Positions 61,511-64,000 of a stretch of DNA of 64,000 nucleotides are shown one piece after another; positions within the stretch are counted from its first letter, which is position 1; each line of letters begins with the position of its first letter. The stretch is from contig KZ538030.1 in assembly GCA_000934665.2 (NCBI GenBank), positions 62,001 through 126,000 on the forward strand. Reading direction: 5' to 3'. Below the pieces are notes generated by a model. The model worked only from the letters and a program-made list of their open reading frames with translations. It searched no databases and had not been told where the DNA came from. A program made the translations under genes and the position numbers. The stretch comes from Catajapyx aquilonaris (lineage: Eukaryota).

Positions 61511-64000
61511 GAGCCGCATCGTGCCCTCCCAGAAATCTTTTTGGAAAGTGTGTTAGTTTTTGGTGTAGCTCTGTTTATTTTGTTTATTGGTGACCCGTGC
61601 TTCTTCCGTTCTCAGAATGAGCCCATAAAGCTGGTGCTGGCGAAGAGGCGCCTCAGTCTGAACAACAATGTTTCCTTGTGAGTGGGACGTAACCCGTAAA
61701 AATATACTATTTTTTAAATGTAACAATTTTTTTTGGACGCACCTGACTTAGCACGGGCAATACACGCCGAGGCTGTGTGTGAAAGTGTGATTGTTGTACA
61801 CAGCACTTGAATTAGCCTGCAGCTCTCTCGTTGTTGATTTGATAACAATGTGGCGGGTACACTTGGTAGGTGTTTATTGTGATGCCACAGTTATTGCATC
61901 TCACTTCACGGTTTTACTTATTATAAATGGTATAAGAATTGATGCAATAATTATGGAAACACTGCAGCAACGCTTTGGTGGGGAGGTTGTGTAGAACACT
62001 TAGCGCATGACAAGCCCATTTATTTGCATCTGGGATTTTTTTGTATAAGAACTGGTTTTGCAGGGAAAGCATTACACAACTGTCTTCAGCCAATCAAAAA
62101 CAGCACTGAATTTTTATACCTCTGTGATTGGATGGATAAGGTTATTTCCCTGCAAGTGCGCATTCAGTTGCCTCATCTAGTCTTGGAATTACATACTTTT
62201 CAGACATGTATTTGCATGTAGTGCTAACCCTGTCATCTAGGTACTTTTGTCATCTGAATGCCCACCAGATTCTTACAAAAACCCAGCTTAAATTTAATGA
62301 ACGCATACTTAGTCCCTAGTTGCTTGAGCTACAGACTGTGAACACCTGGCAGCACATTATTTACAGCCCTGAATTAGCAGGGATCCACTTAGTACTTGAG
62401 AATGTTGTGTGTTTTACTAGCAGCCACCTTAGAAAAAAAAATAGAGAAACAAACTCTCTTTGCACTGTAGAAACGTTTGCACGATAATAGTTATGCCCCA
62501 CATTACCACGACTTGCACGCAGCTACGACTGGATGTGCCGGCCTGGATTTTGAGAAGACCTTTTCCAAGCAATTACCACCCGAGACATTGATCCTTTGGA
62601 GGAGCCCCTGTTATGTTCCCTAGCCTTTAATTTGAACCCTAGAATAGCACATTAGACTTTCGCCTTTGACTGGAGTAACCTTCGTTTGAGAGAAAAGCAG
62701 CTCCCTTGGGGTAGGGGGAGTTCTAGTGGTAATTATGGTTGTCTGATTATAGAAAATTTAATGTCAGCACTGTTTTAAAAGTGCAGAGTTCGTAGAGTAC
62801 GTCACGCTGGTGGGGGAGTACGAACGTGACGAGTCGTGACGGTCTTAGATGTTGTATTAAGAAAACAGGTAATTCCTTAGTACATTCCACCGTTTTAAAG
62901 TAACAAACCATTTCCATATTAACTTAGGTGATTACATTTTTTTTGTCGACAATTTTTTTACGAATCTTATGGGGCGAGGCTGGGCTGGTGACGTATGGGA
63001 CCAGAATGATGAAATTCAATGTGACCACTCCATATGAACACTTGGTAATTTTGACCCCGTTTTTTTTTGGAGGTATCGATCAGAGTTCAACATGGTTCCT
63101 TCTATTTATTTTTTTTAACTCTATCCTTTCACCTTCGTTGCAGTGGACCATTACGGACCCTGCACTAGCCCACGTCACGTTCCTGCAATCCTTTCGCCGT
63201 TCTTTACCTCGCCCTTCATGAATTATGGCGCCTTTCTTCCTTTGCGAAATAGAAGAGGCTCTGGCGCCATAAAAACGCGGAAAAAAAGGCGTTGGACTGC
63301 GCCAAATGGATGGTCTTTAGTTGAAATGTCCACTTGCGGCACCTTGGGGTCCACCCCTCTTGTAACTGGAGTAAGTTTGAAAACAGAACGATTGAGTGCA
63401 TTTAAGCTCAGCAGAAGGTTGATTTTCCACAAATTTGTAAAAGAAAATACAGCTCAGTTTCTATATAGTCACAGAGTATAAAAATGTATCTGAGCGATTG
63501 ATGTTGAGGATCAAAAGGCTGGTACGTGCAGTGGTGGAGCAAAAAAAAACAAAAAAATAAAAAAAAAAACTGAGCACAATTTCTCATATTCCCATTTGGC
63601 CCCACGCTTAATGTTCTCAATTTCGTGTTTGTGGCACATAGAGCGTGGGGGCAATATGAGATCTGCCCAATCTGAGACGTGAGTTGGTGCAGAGAAACAG
63701 TATGGGGGCAGATGGTGGTATCAGTTTCTTTTTTGTGTGTGACAACAGGTCAGTGACTCTGTGGGAATGATTTTTTAAAAAATGCCTGATCTTCAAGTAA
63801 TTATTGGATTGCTCCAATAATTCACTTTTCTACCTCGAATTGCTCATACTTAGTTGGAACAACAGTGATTCGCAGTAAAATTGGTTTCATCCCCACCGTC
63901 AACACCAGATGTGATTTTTGGAGGTGACAACATCCACTTGTTGACTTGTAATCCTCCCTTGGGATCCAGCTCAGTCCAATCCCAGCCGGACAGCTCTTTT

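Overview
Eukaryotic animal genomic DNA with spliceosomal GT-AG introns. The ATP23, HDHD5 and MDM1-like peptides look arthropod-like, which is my inference. Bases 1-15.6 kb are gene-dense. They hold two tandem PARP3-like paralogs on the + strand (the first 5'-truncated by the window edge, the second complete with an N-terminal SAP domain), a convergent ATP23 metalloprotease gene (-), and a head-to-head HDHD5/CECR5 HAD-hydrolase gene (+). The remaining ~48 kb looks empty in the ORF track. It nevertheless contains two tiny in-frame exons (21309-21365 and 38399-38489, 17 kb apart) encoding MIGSFWNLCRACPSMPVEK/QLHSEYRSTFKWHEYTGPRQEVVRRPPQPS, which resembles the N-terminus of MDM1/SAXO6 (Mn-motif microtubule-binding protein). 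That gene runs off the right edge and has candidate alternative first exons, one behind a periodic CCAAT-box array. Introns carry MITEs, a foldback element, a small hairpin and minisatellites. I recognised no prokaryote-type systems, tRNA, rRNA or CRISPR. All gene models were built by eye and need RNA-seq/BLAST confirmation.
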